Positions 43,003 through 56,326 are shown, counted from the whole stretch's first letter. The stretch: 63,340 nucleotides of DNA, filler included, from 18 parts of 18 records of this genome joined end to end with filler, not necessarily neighbours in it; one strand, 5' to 3'. Numbers and translations are program-made. The notes: generated by a model not told the origin, from the letters alone.

Positions 43003-46000
43003 CATTCTTGTATTGAGAATGTGTATAGTTGACGAACCGCGCAGAATTCCGTGTTTAAGATCCGCAATGGAATATTCATGCGAGTCGATATTATATTGGA
43101 ATGATTTGAACCTGCCAGAACAGTCATCAATTGTGAACAACGCGATGAAAGCTCCCACATTGTAGCTCTTTTGAATAGGTTGTCTGGGGGGCCATTGGTC
43201 ACGATCATATGTATGCACATGATGTTATACAAGTTTATCCAGAATGCGAGCTTTTCACGAAACGACAGTGTCGACAGGTCCACCATTTGTAACTCAGTGA
43301 GCATCATCTCCTGTCACCAAAACAAGCCGCTCAGGGCGCAGTTGCTTCATACTTTCGTGGAACTGACCAAATCGTAGAACAAGTGGCTCTGCTTCATTGC
43401 TTCATACTTTATACGCCGTCCATCTGGCGAGACGTACTCTTGGTACACCTAGTAGTAGACAAGTAAGAAATGTCTGTCCTCTACCAGAATCATAAATAGA
43501 TGATGCCTTTTGCAACTGGGATCGCAGAGTATGTGCAACTTCATGTGCAGGTCTTGCAGGAGTGATATCCCATATTCGTTTCAAGTTAAGGCATGGCTCA
43601 GTCACATCCTCCTGAGAGCAGCAAGCATTAGAAGCAGACGGTCTGAGCAGCTGTGCTGACCTGAAAGTGATAAAATTCATCTGCACTATCCAGTAAGCTC
43701 TTGGCAGTGCCATTACTGTGTGTGATGATCTGCAACGGGTGCAATCAGACAAGATCATTGGGAGAAACAAACCTGACGATTCAGTAATTCATTGCACACA
43801 GGAAGTACATGAGAGCGATCTTCAATCTGAAAGTAACTCACCTGGCATAAAAAAGACAGTCGGTACACTCAACCCGAGGTTGGGGTGCAACTAAAAAACA
43901 CGAAGTACGAGCAATTGGCTGACCATCCATGTGACGAGATCAGAACCACAGCAGCATAGCTTATATGTCTGGAGAAGGCTTCCCCGATCTTTGACAGATA
44001 TTTCTACTCGCGCAGCATGGGCAAGAGCTTCCAGCTGTGCAAAAAAAGCAAGCACTTAATTCATCAATCAGACAGGAATAATGGGCAAACAAAGTCGACT
44101 TGCCTGCATTTTATCAGCTCCAATGAACGTAGAAGCATCTGCAGGAATCGGTGGGAAGTTGGCTAACATTCGCGGGTCGATTCCCACACTGTCCCGACGT
44201 AGACGTGGAGAGACAAATTGATCCAGGCCATCAAGGCCCTGTCCGAGAGATGCCGACATATGGCTGGACCCAAGAAACTCATCTGTCCCCTCAGCGGATC
44301 AGAGGCCAACAAGGTCTGAATTAGCTCACTTTGCACCAAATTATTGTCATTGACCCCACTTGGAACCACAAGCGTCTGAGCCTTTTCAATCTCGTTCATA
44401 GAAGGCACTGGGCTTTGGGCCTGCAACCATTTCATAAGCTGTTCTCATAATTTCTAGACCTGTGCCATTGGATGCATTTGCACAGGGCTCATTGTATTGC
44501 GAGGCATGGGCGCCTTGAGGGGTTCCAGGATTGTGGATACAGGGGTGTTGGTAGGTGTATTATTCTGTGATGACAGATCTCGCTTCATCGTTGCAAACAT
44601 TGATCTGATTTTTTCTGGGACCGGAGACGCCTGTCGTGGTAAATCAAAAATCCAGATTCAGAAAAAGCACAATCAGTCAGCCGCTATGGGAGTAGATTCG
44701 CACCGCAGGTGAGCCGGAATGAGAAGACATTGAGGAGGTGGGATCAGTAGAGTGAGGCGTGGAGGGCAGCGGTCTTGGTGGACGAGATACTGGACTCAGT
44801 GGGGTCAAATTCCTTGTGGAATTTTGTCTGAAAGAAAGCACATTGTTATTATTCTGCCCCGTGTTGGCTGGATGGCTACCCTTCGAAAATGATTCCTGTC
44901 TGACTCGCATTGAAGCTTCCTCGTGGTACGTCACTGTTCGTACGGCGGTGCTTTGGACGCACGTGCTTGGTTTGTGCTTGCTCTTCGCGTTGCAGCACCC
45001 CTGGTAATGTGGTTGTGGTGAAATCTTTCACAGACGGCAGCTCTGCAACTTCAGCCATGGAGGGACGTGTGCTTGGAGATTTCTGCCAAATCCATCAGAA
45101 TTGCATTACCCTGTACGTGCCTTGAGCAATGAATAGACAAGCTTGATTATATCACGACCCCATTCCTCTGGGACCGGGGCACACTCTTCGTGGCAGATCT
45201 TCATCACTACAGCATGGAGATTTTTCCCCTGAAAATCGCATTCATTCCAGAGCCAGGCAATAACGTCACGTGAAATGGCCGCCGTAACGTCAGCAGCTCA
45301 TACAGGACACAACCCAGTGCCCAACAGTCGCTCTTCTGGTTATAAGATTGCCCAAGGCAAAGTTCGGGTGACAAGTAGTAAGGTGTCCCACAAGCCTAAT
45401 TCAACCGCACGCCTCAGATGCTGGTGAGTTGCGCATAAAACAAGAGCAATCCCAACTTAAAAGAAGCTCACCGTTTCTGCAAGCTGGGTTTCGCTAGAAA
45501 GTGTCCTTGCCAACCCAAAGTCCCCAAGTTTAACCCATGACCGGCCAACAAGGAAAATGTTGGCTTGCTTCAGGTCTCGGTGTAGAATACGCTTTGAATG
45601 TGTATACCTGTCGGTGTCGTCAGTCACATGTTCCTATAGCCGCAGAACATACTTGAGAGCAAGCACTAGTTGACAAGTCCAGGACATCACTTCCTGCGGT
45701 GGCCCCAGCAAACTTAATCCTACAGCTTGTTCGGCGGCCACCTCTTTGGAGAAGTGTGTGCCATTCTTTTGCGCGGCGCGTACCACGTCCTCCAGGGTAC
45801 CACCTGCCACCCTTCCTCTGTGCCGCTGCAGGGTGCTAGGCATTCAATCGTGCAGGAGGGCAGACAGGAGCGGCAACTCAGGCGCAGTTGGGCGGGGCGC
45901 AACAGGTCATCGGGATGATCAGTGGAGCACTGCAGTGCATTTACCATCTGCGTAGTCCATCAAAATATGTAGCCAGGAATTGTGCATGAAGCTTCCATAA

Positions 46001-46393
46001 TAGCCGATAATGTGGGGGTGTTTGAGCTTCGTGAGAATCTTCACCTCGTTGTTGACGCTCCTGTGATCCTGCTGGGCAGCTTCCTCCGCGTTGACCTGGC
46101 CAAACAGTCACAGTCCGTGGCCCGGCGCCTTCTCTCACCTGGATCACTTTCATCACCAGCAGCATGCCGTCGCTCTTCCGACGCACGAGCTCCGCTGTGC
46201 CGGAAGAGCCCCGGCCGAGCTGCCGTTGAAACTCGAACATGTGCCAGCCCAGCGCACTCACCTGCCAGTGCTCACGCGGCCACCTCGCGCGGTGTACCGG
46301 GCTGGCCGGCGCTCCTGGCCTGCGCACGGCGGAGACCAGTGGTGACAGACCCGCCGACGCCGAGCACTCGGGCGGGCTCCCCTCCCTCTCCAT
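43003..46393 (-). CDS. NEK-family kinase fused to DEP and DUF547 domains, about 20 introns, 3'-partial
   Basis: Kinase: [94 protein letters not shown]547: [11 protein letters not shown]. The frame is continuous across introns, e.g. 45083-45120, 44828-44879 and 44035-44103. Confidence 0.78.
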
Positions 46394-46809
46394 GTGTCAC
46401 TCTCNNNNNNNNNNNNNNNNNNNNNNNNNNNNNNNNNNNNNNNNNNNNTTAATTAATTAANNNNNNNNNNNNNNNNNNNNNNNNNNNNNNNNNNNNNNNN
46501 NNNNGTGAGGGCAGACGGCGGCTTTGTGCTCATCGCGCCAAGCACTGAGCGGTTGGTCGGAATCACCCAACAAAGGTGATGGTCTGGCTGGGTGTGCTGG
46601 TCGGGTCCACCACTCTGGCCGAGCGGGTCGTCGAGCGCAAAAGTTGGTTCGACTCCTCAGCTGGAACCCGGAGTCCGGCGTTTGCGCGGGGCAAGGTTTG
46701 AGCTTCGGCGGCTTCGGACTTCCAGGATTCCGTTGCTGCACAGCTGGCAAAACCACCGCAGCTTGCTCTCTGCAGCTCATCGCGTGCAGCACGTAGCGCA
46801 GCTTGTTTG

Positions 46810-48822
46810 ATGCCCCGTCGGGGGTCGCGGGAGCGCTCGCCCTACAGGCGGAGGCACAGTTCGCCGTCCAGGCAGAGGCGGAGGCGGCGGTCGCCCTCGC
46901 CGCGGTACCGCTCGTCCAGACGGCGGCGGCGATCCCGGAGCCGCTCCAGACGGCATCGCAGCCCAACACGCCGACGGGCGCACTCCGAAGAGCGCCGGGG
47001 CGGTGGGAGCAAGTGGAGCAGTAGCCGGCGCGGGAACGCGAGTGGTTCTGGGAGCTCTTACGACTCCACGATCGGGGAATTCGAGGGCGGTATCGGGCAG
47101 TCAATCAGTGGGCGGTATCGCATAACTGGGGTGGCTGGACGGGGTCCTCTCGGCATTGATGCGTGACGCTGACAATCATGAGGCGCAGGCACATTTGGAC
47201 GAGTGCTCGAGTGTGCGGTGGCTGATCAGACCGAGACAGTGGCAATCAAGGTGATTCGGAGAGTCAAACAGTACTGTGACGAGGCCAAGATCGAGGCCGA
47301 CATCGTCAAGGTGCCAGTTTTACAGCTCGCATGCTCAGATCTGACTGCCTTATCAACGCATTAATCGGCGATGGTTTCAAGAGCTTTGAGCTGTGCTGCT
47401 GTCAGGCGATGAACGGATTAGATGTTCAGGACAAGTGGCACTGCGTGAGACTTCTGGACATGTGAGAGATAACACCGTCAGGCCAGAGCTTCACAGTGCG
47501 CGGACCAGGTTTGAATTCGAGCAGCACGTGTGTCTGGTGTTCGAGCAGCTCGGGCCGTCGCTGTACGAGTTTGTCAAAGCCAACAACTACCAAGTCACCC
47601 CTGCTCTACTTGCAGCTTGCCTATGTGGGGCCGATGGTGGCAGCCGTTCGAGCCCCAGCACGTGCAGTCATTTGGCCGGCAGATGCTTGAAGCTATATGC
47701 TTCTTGCATCATGCCGGGCTCATTCATACAGATCTGAAACCAGAGTGAGTTACTTTTTGTGTAGAAACATTCCCTCTGATTGGTGCTGCAGGAACGTGCT
47801 GCTAGTCCGAGGGGGTCATCAGACAGCGGACGGCGGATCGAAGCGCATACCACGGTGCTAGCCAGAGTTAATGAGCCTACAAGGATTGGGACGGATAGGG
47901 ACACAGCCATAAAAATAATTGACTTCGGTGGTGCCACCTTTGACCATGAAGACAAAGCTTCCATTATCAGCACCCGGCAGTACCGAGCACCAGAGGTGAG
48001 CTTGTTTAGCTCTGACGCATGCCAACAAGGCGGTGCGAGGTCATGCTTGGTCTTGATTGGAGCTACCCGTCCGATGTCTGGTCTGTTGGCTGCATTATGA
48101 TGGAGCTGTATATGGGTGGACTTTTCTTCCAGACACACGACGATACTGAGCATTTCGCGTTGATTGAAAAGTGTTGCCCCCATGTCCCCATCGCCGCAGC
48201 TGGGTGCACAGGCGGTTAGCCCCTCAAACCATTCCCAGCGGCATGATCCAGTGCGGATCAAGGTATGACATGAGTCATATCCCGGGTTGAGAGCTGTATG
48301 TATCACAGAGAAGCTAAAGCCTGCTTTCGTTACGACGCAGGTCAGTGGAGACTGGACTGGCCACGAAAACAGACGTCACAGGATAGCGAGAATTTTGTGA
48401 AACAGGTCAGGTTTCAGCGTGCTACTTGATGATTAGATTTGTGATGGCGGAATATGCTTATAAATACTGTGGCATGGCAGGTCAAGACACTTTCGGACTT
48501 ACAATCTGAGGCCCATCTGGAGAGAGTATTGTCTATTGCAATGATGGATGCAGGTATCAGCCATTGCGTTAGCTATCCTGCAAGCCCTATCAATTTCTGT
48601 GCACGCCAAGTCACTCTATCTTATTTAAGCTTGATCAAAGCTGTCCTTGCGAACTACTTGCGAACTGTGCGTGTCTGCATTCCGAACAGCACTGACATTG
48701 CTCATGCTTTCCTCATGCATTTATATGACAATTTGTTTGCAGTTCGTCAAATGCTGATTATCGATGACCGCAATCGTGGCTCGGCACAAAATGTCTTGAA
48801 GCATGATTATTTTTCTAAATAA
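46810..48822 (+). CDS. CLK/LAMMER-family dual-specificity kinase with an N-terminal RS domain, multi-exon
   Basis: RS-rich N-terminus; [73 protein letters not shown] and [15 protein letters not shown]. Confidence 0.9.
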
Positions 48823-49212
48823 ATCCCTTGTAAAATCCGCAAATCTACAATGGCATGATACGATAGATACATGGTCATATTCGTACTCGTATGACTAAGT
48901 CTTGTATGAGTACACGGTTTTAATACATGTCTTGGGCGTCCGGGCGTCCTTCAACATTGCACTCAATCACTCAATTAAGCACTAGTTAGATTTAATCGAA
49001 GCTTACTATGACCATCAAGATACCATCAAGAAGCTGGCTGACTTGAAGCTACTCAAGACTTCAGTAACTGTTGGTACCTACTTCCGTGACCGATTAGTAG
49101 ATTGAATACATGTATCTTGCACATCAATGAGCTTCGGAGCAAAACCAGAACTTAGACTTTAAGGCTTGCGAATGTCCTTCACATTGCATGTTCATTGAAT
49201 GCCACGAGCATA

Positions 49213-49839
49213 TCACTGGTATGCATTGGGCTTGATCACATCGTCAATCTTGAGGATCATGCGTACAACTTGAGTAGCTAGGCGGAACTGTTGGATCTTC
49301 CCAATCAGGGTTTCAAAAACAAACTGCTCCTTCATATCTGCAGAGACAGAGCCGGTCAGTCGCAATCTAGGGTACTGCTAGAACTACTCACTATCTTGGT
49401 CTTTCTCCATGCAGTCCACCCCTATGTGCGGGCACTGCTCCTGAATCTGCTTTGCCTTGATCCGGGCAACAGTCTCAATCGGAGAGAGTCCTGAGTTCTC
49501 AGCCAATGCCATTGGTGCAGCCTCAAGTGCATCAGCAAATGATCTGAGAGCATATTGCTCGATGCCTGACACCTAAGAACAATCAAAGATCATTCCCTTT
49601 CCAAACCACAGGCACATCCAAGCAAGTCCAGGGCACATAATTTCAAAACTTCAGTGTGATTATTAACGTTGCAGACAAGGCATCTGCATCTGACCTGAGA
49701 AGCGGATTCCATGACTTTGAGAGAGCATGCAATCTCTGCAGAACCACCACCATACACAATTTCATTATCAACCACTAGATTGCGAGCGACACAGATAGCA
49801 TCGTGAAGTGACCGCGAGGCCTCATCCACCATCTGCCAC
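49213..49839 (-). CDS. CCT5: T-complex protein 1 subunit epsilon, C-terminal part
   Basis: [50 protein letters not shown] and [16 protein letters not shown]; 2 introns. Confidence 0.92.
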
Positions 49840-49999
49840 NNNNNNNNNNNNNNNNNNNNNNNNNNNNNNNNNNNNNNNNNNNNTTAATTAATTAANNNNN
49901 NNNNNNNNNNNNNNNNNNNNNNNNNNNNNNNNNNNNNNNATCGAGTTAAATCGAGTTACACACCTATGCACCGTACGAGTACACGAATCTAAAAGTCCT

Positions 50000-51659
50000 T
50001 AAGTATGGATTGTCGAGACCGAGCTGTCGGATTTGGTGAGCGCGCAGCCGGCTGAAGCCGGAGTGTGGTCGCGCCTGTCCTGGGAGACAAGCTGTCCGGC
50101 TGCAGCAATGGCCAGTCAGACCGGCAGGCTGGAAGGCCCGCACGTTGCTACTCGGAGCTGAGCTCTTGGACTTAAGCCTCATGTTGGTGCAGAGCCCAAC
50201 CAGGATGAGCACGCCTGTGGCAACTCAGCTGGCCCGGGCGGTAGCTGAGCAGCGTCACCGCCAGCTAGGTGTGCCATGAAGACATCTGTGCTGAGCAGGT
50301 AGTGCGACAGAAACGCAGTAAATACAGGATTCGTCCCGTGGAACAATGAGACTGTCGAGGCCGGCAGCACCTGCACCCGCACCCTCAGACCGGCCAGAGC
50401 AGCCGGTCACCGAGTTGGCCCAGGTGTACAGGTTGTAGTTGATGGCCGTGCCGATCAGCACCACGAATGCGAGCACAGACCCGAGTTCAAAACTAACTGT
50501 AACCACCGCCTGGCCTGGCACTCAGCACCCGCACAGGAGCTCCGACTCGCCTCGCTTGTCAGCTGCCCGGAGAACAGTGCGAGGGCGCCCATCTCGAGCA
50601 TTCCAATCGAGTAGCCCCAAGTGGTCAGCTGCACCGGATTGACTGTTTGAAGCGGGGCACAGCACACACCGTCATTGGCGGCACTTTGGATAAAAACGCT
50701 TTCTGCAGGAACAGGAAGCAGGCGAACGACGTTACGTTGCTGCCGCACAGAGCCCACCTCAGACAGGTGCGGCCAGACGCAGCGGCGGACCACAGCAAGC
50801 AGAGATTGCCCACAATCATCGACATGCTCCAGCCAGTGTCGTCAGCCTCGTCGGTGACCACCTCCATGCTGCGAATCACTGAGCACCGCACACGGTGAAT
50901 GCCCAGCTGGTGGCCACGAGCGGCACCGGTGGCGTTGGCGGCAGTTCCGTTGAGCGATGCGGCCAGCCCGTGATCGGCACCCGAGGTGTGATGGACTGCT
51001 CCACTGTGGTGGTGCAGCTCACCGGAAGAGGCTTGAATGATCACCATGGCCCCGGCCACCACTGGGCCCAGATCTCAGCCCAGTATGGCGCGGGCACACA
51101 CCTGCCGAGATCGACATCACCCACTGGAGCCAGAGCAGCCGGGTGCTGTAAGTCTCTGTGTGTGTGAGCACCGCCAGCACGCCGCCCACCACAGGCACCA
51201 GCGGGGTGTAGATCGCCTGCCGGCCGGCTCGACTGGCAGCTGCAGCCCGGGCACCGCGATGTTGGGCGAGGTTAGCAGCAGGCCGATCAGGAACAGAACG
51301 TGCGGCAGGAAGGTGCCGCAGGTGCCGAGCACCAGCAGCCGGGGCAAGTCGCTCCAGGCCGGGCTGCCAGCGCCAGAATTCAGGATCGACAGCCAGCACT
51401 GGGCAGCGGGCGCACCGGATCAGCCCGTCTTTGATCACGGCCAACATCGCCATCAGCATCGAGGCGTACAGCTGCGCCCTGGGCTGAACCAGCGGCCCCG
51501 AGGGGGCGGGCGGACCTCTCTCAGGAAGGCAAACTGGAGGGTGGGCATGTGCGCGCCGTGGGATAGCGCGTGGCTCATCCCGATGTTGCCCAGCGACCAG
51601 GTGAACTGCGCGAAGATCAGCGCGCTGTAGGCCACTGCCTCTCTCGATAGCCCCATCAT
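50000..51659 (-). CDS. EamA/DMT-family transporter (WAT1-like), multi-exon; 3' end approximate
   Basis: Multiple TM exons: FAFLRE, YTPLVPVVGGVLA, IVGNLCLL, TTWGYSIG, INYNLYTWAN, NPVFTAFLS and GVLILVGL. Confidence 0.78.
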
Positions 51660-51868
51660 CGGTCGCGGTCCCGGTGCGGCGATCCCGGAGTCGACTGATC
51701 AAGTGCTACTCGCTGCGAGATCCGCTTGCCCTACCAGCTCGCGCTGTCCACCACATCCTGCTCAGAACTCCGAAGGACCTGTGGCGCGGTGCGTGCGTTC
51801 GGCGAGACCAGTCTGGGCCAGCTGCAGCCGTTGGCGCCGCGCTGCCCAGCTGCCACGCGTCCAGAGGG

Positions 51869-53053
51869 ATGGCCGGGCTCGGGCACGAGGACGACGACCT
51901 GGAGCCGGACAGGCCAGCGATAGATCCGATACCGGAGCTGGCGGAGGGGCCGGGGGACGACAGCCAGCTCGGGTCGGACGACTCGCGCTCGTGCGGTGCC
52001 CGGCGGCGGCAGGGCTGGGCTGGAGTCCGGGTCGGCAGAGGGTTTCTCGCGGCACAACTATAAAGTGATAGTAATCGGGGACTGCAACTCGGGTGCCCCA
52101 CCCCCTGGGCACGCCAGAGCGGGGCTGCGCAGGCAAGACCTCGTTCATCCGGCGCTATGTGAGCGGGGACTATTCGCCGGAGGTGGCGACCACGATCGGT
52201 GCGCCCCGGGTGCGGGCCGGGGGCAGCGGCGGCAGGGGTGGACTACTCGCTCAAGACTATCACCATCCGACAGCTGAAGATGGTGATACTCCTCCAGGCG
52301 GGGCGCCGGCCAGGGGCGAGCCCGAGCGGTCCACGGTCAGATATGGGACATAGCCGGGCAGGACCGCAACCGGACGATGGTCCGGCCGTTCTTCAACGAC
52401 GCGGTGCGCAATCGGGCCTGGGCGTGAGCATCGGGCGGCAGGTGGGCGCCATCATCATGGTGGACTGCACCAAGATGGTGCGTGGGCTGCCAGCCGTGTG
52501 GCGGAGCGGTGGGAGCAGCAGGAGAGCAAGCCGTTCCACTCGGAGTGGAAGAGCGATCTGGACTCCAAGGTGACCCTGCCCGACGGGCGGAGGCTGCCGG
52601 TGGTGCTCGTGGCCAACAAGGTTTGTGCCGGCCCGGGCTGCACTGATCGTGTCCAGTGTGACTTGCTTAGTCCGGACGAGATGGAGTTGATAGAGGAGCG
52701 CTGCGATCAAGCGGCGCGCGAACAGGGGTGACCGTCCGGCGCTGTCCCGCTCACGAGTGCTAGGTACTGCGCTGCGGTGGTGGCTTCTGCCAAGGAGGAC
52801 ATTAACGTGGAGGGTGCGGTGTACATGCTGGTGAACCAGGTGCTATAGCTTTGTGAGAGCCTGTGCTGATCTGCCGTCAGCTGGTCCGGCTGAATGACTC
52901 GATAGAGAAGCCAGTGGCTGGGGTCAACACGGTGTGCCAGCCGGGCCGCAGCCGCAGACCCGGGGACAGGTGGGACTGACGGCCGCCGAATTCATAGCGC
53001 TCAAACAGCGGGGCTATGTGCCGGTCCGCGAGCAGCAACAGTGTGGTTGTTGA
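51869..53053 (+). CDS. Rab32/38/29-like small GTPase, about 10 short introns
   Basis: YKVIVIGDCNSGKTS, TTIGVDY, WDIAGQ (family signature), WKSDLDSKVTLPDG, LVANKCD, SAK and C-terminal CGC. Confidence 0.88.
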
Positions 53054-53645
53054 CGCTGTTCACGACCTAGTTGTGACCCTAACTGCGCAATGATACCTTG
53101 GAGCCATAGTTAACTAGCCGGCTTAAGTAGTAATACCGTAGTACAAACTCTTGAATTAGTCGAGGTATTAAAGTACTTACTCGTACAAGTTTATGGACAT
53201 CCGACTCGTGAGCTACTAGTGACAGGAGGTACGTTTGATAGACATTTATTCATTAGTGGTTTAATAGGGGGGGGAATCGTTACATGTCAGGGATGGCTGT
53301 TGAGAACAGGTCGNNNNNNNNNNNNNNNNNNNNNNNNNNNNNNNNNNNNNNNNNNNNTTAATTAATTAANNNNNNNNNNNNNNNNNNNNNNNNNNNNNNN
53401 NNNNNNNNNNNNNGGGGTCACGCGCCTCACGCCGCAATCGAGTCTGCCTATAATTACTGTGCTACGAGTATCGCCTTCAATTTTTATCAATGTATTGTTT
53501 TATGTTAAATTATAGATCAAGATCTTGGGTGCTATAGCTAGCTTAATAACTTAGACCGGTGGCCCTCTATTCGGCGCCACCTGCTAAGCCTGGCTTTCAC
53601 TAGGTTATCTCTGGATTAATGCTGGATTGATGCAAAAGCTGATTC

Positions 53646-56326
53646 CTATGAATGCTTCTTCATAGGCTGATTCTCTAAGGTTGAGTCGTCTCGATCCTGC
53701 TGCAAGCTTTTTCGGCGCTGCCTCATCCCTTGGGGGATGGGGCCGCTGCCTAGAGCAAGCTGAGGAGAGGTCACATTACTGTCTGGTTCCCAGCCGACCG
53801 ACGCCGCTGGAGGCGGTGCGTCGCTCGGCGGTGCCGGCGGTGCTGGTGGGACTAGACTGATGTTCCGTGGAGGTGCCACGGGGTTACTAGGTTCCATCGA
53901 TTGTCTCGGTGGGGATCTGGGGGTGCGCTTCGGTCGCCTCGCTGACCGGCTGCCACTTCGTTGCCATCGTGTGTTGAAGCTGGCCTCAGGTGAGATCGCA
54001 CCCGGTAAAGGCATTGGTCTGATCAGCTGAGGCTGCGGCACGTCTGGTGGTGCCGGCGGTGGCGTGCTCGAGGGCGATCCTGGCGGGGCAGGCGGTGGCG
54101 GTGCTATCACTGAGGCCATCGAATTCCAAAACCTGCCCAGCCACTCAACCACCCAGCCCGGCGGCCGGCGCACTGGGGTTGGGTCTCTACAGTCGGCGCC
54201 TTGGGTGCTGCAGTGGCCTGGAGCCTTCCTATCCTATACTCGCCGAAATGGTGTATCCCGCCCAAAAGTCGCTCGGGCTTGATCCGGATGTATTCGCGTC
54301 GGAACCTCTCGGTCTCTTGCTCGTATGCCGTGCCCTGACAGACTGCGCCCGATCCGAGCAGCACCGCCAGCAGCACCGCCGCGACTGCTATCCAGATATC
54401 CCAGGTGTTGTACTCTACTCGCGAGCAGTCCGGCCCATAATACGGCTCTCTGCACCAGCACTCGCCCTTCTGGCTGTTGCAGGAGCCACGACCGGAGCAC
54501 CGGTTAGGACAGATTGCTGACTGGCAGCCAGGCCCGCCATAGCCGTTATCGCACGTACAGCTCTGGTCCTGTCGACGGCTCAGCAGGGCCCAGCGCGCGG
54601 GTTCGGACCGAGATGTTGCAGATGCCGTGCCCCGAGCAGGACATTGTTTGATTCAGAATCGGGTCGAGACGGTCCCCAGGGCACGCCTCGGCGCAGGCCG
54701 GCCCACGATAGGGCGGCGTGCACTGGCAGCTCCCCGTGAAGATGTCGCAGGTGCCGTGCAGGCAACCGGAGTCGCACTTACCTGTGGCAGACTCGACTCA
54801 GGCGGGTGTTGCGGGCGAGCGGACCAGTCACTGCGTACAGGTACCCGTCCTCGCCCCCGAAGAAGACCGTCCCATCCGGCGCGACCACCGGCGAGGTGTA
54901 CACCTGTCCGCGGGATGGACCGAGCGCCCGAGGCTGGCAAGCACCTCGCCTCCCCCGCAAAATTCTGACAACACTGCGCCACTAGAGCTCTCGACCTTAA
55001 TCAGACAGCCCTCACGAGTAGTCACGTAGAATATCCTGGGCGCCCAGTGAGCGTCGGGCCTAGGGCGCATGGTGGCACCCGCCCTGAACGACGACTGGAC
55101 TGCCCATGTACACGCCCAGCCGCTGGCTCCAGTGCACGTCTCCGCTCTGCGGGTCTAAGGCCACCACCACCCCGCTACTCGCGCCTGCCCCGGCCCATCT
55201 ACCTCGCCCGACCTCCGGCACCCACCAATTATCACCAGCTGGCTCGACGGGTCGTACACAGGTGTCATGAACACTAAATGTTCGTGGTCCACGCTGACAT
55301 TCCACTGCAAGAGTCCTCGCTCCGTCGCTACAGAGAGCGCCCGTCCCCGATCGTTCCCTATAAACACCTGCGACTCGTCCAACGGACTTTCAACCCCAGT
55401 GAGCCCCCCGCCCGCATTCCACCGCCACCTGACTGCAGGCGCCGACATGTGATTAGCCCCCATCCGCACCACCCACCGCCGCTTCGCATCACCCTCCCCT
55501 GTCCAGGCCTCAGCAGGCGCCGGCCGCTCCCGGGCACCGGGCTCCAACGCGTACAGCCTGCCGTCATGAGCCGCCACGTAGATAACCCCCGATTTGGCGC
55601 TACTGAGCGCACACCCCACCTCCGCCCCCACCTGCGCCCATCAGCCTGCAGCGCTCTCGGGCGCCGCACCCGGTGCCGCCAGCGCTCCGCGCCCGTGTCG
55701 ACATCGAGACCAACCACCCCCCCGCACCGCCCGCCCACCACCTGGCTCGCTCACTGGCCGGGCGCTCCCAGGCAGGCACTCACCACATGACCGCTGCCCA
55801 CTGTGACTGGAGCGGCCGTGATGCCTATATCACTTACCCGCGCCGACCACAGCTGCTCCGTCAGATCGTCCTTCAGAGCAAGCACCACCCCGTCAGCCAC
55901 GGCCACGTACACCCTGCCCCCTGATCGGACCGGCGCCCCGGGCTGGGCGGACCGGCCGGGCCCGAGGCTCAGCTGGGAGGACGTGTGCCGGGCTATGTCG
56001 TACAACCCCTCCAGACGTCCCTGACTGGACAGCTTGTACACAAACCCCTTCGAGTCCGCCAGGTACACAGCCCCCGCTGCGTCCACCACCGGCGATCCCC
56101 GCATTCGGCCTGCCCCCGTCCTTCGCACAGCCCCGCCGGCCGGGGGGGCGCCTGCAACTGGGAATCGCCACTTGAGCGCCAGATCCTCGATCGGACGCGC
56201 CTGCGAGTCCCGGTTCCCGGTCGAACCCCCTCCAGAGCTGAAGCTGGACCACCAACCCGCCTCACCCCCCGCTGGCGGCGGCAGCAGCCCCGTCAGCAGC
56301 AACAGCGCCGCAAGGGCGAGCTGCAT
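53646..56326 (-). CDS. Type I membrane protein: signal peptide, PQQ/BamB-like beta-propeller, 3 EGF-like repeats, TM, Pro-rich tail; multi-exon
   Basis: MQLALAALLLLTGLL; SPVVDAAGAVYLAD, YVAAHDGRLYAL and SPVVAPDGTVFFGGEDGYLYAV; CLHGTC..CQC, CSGHGIC..CTC and CSGRGSC..CWC; WIAVAAVLLAVLLG. Confidence 0.8.

Noticed and set aside
50940-51030. His-rich loop (HHHSGAVHH) in the EamA transporter as a metal-binding site
   Set aside because: It lies in a variable low-complexity linker and nothing else supports the idea.
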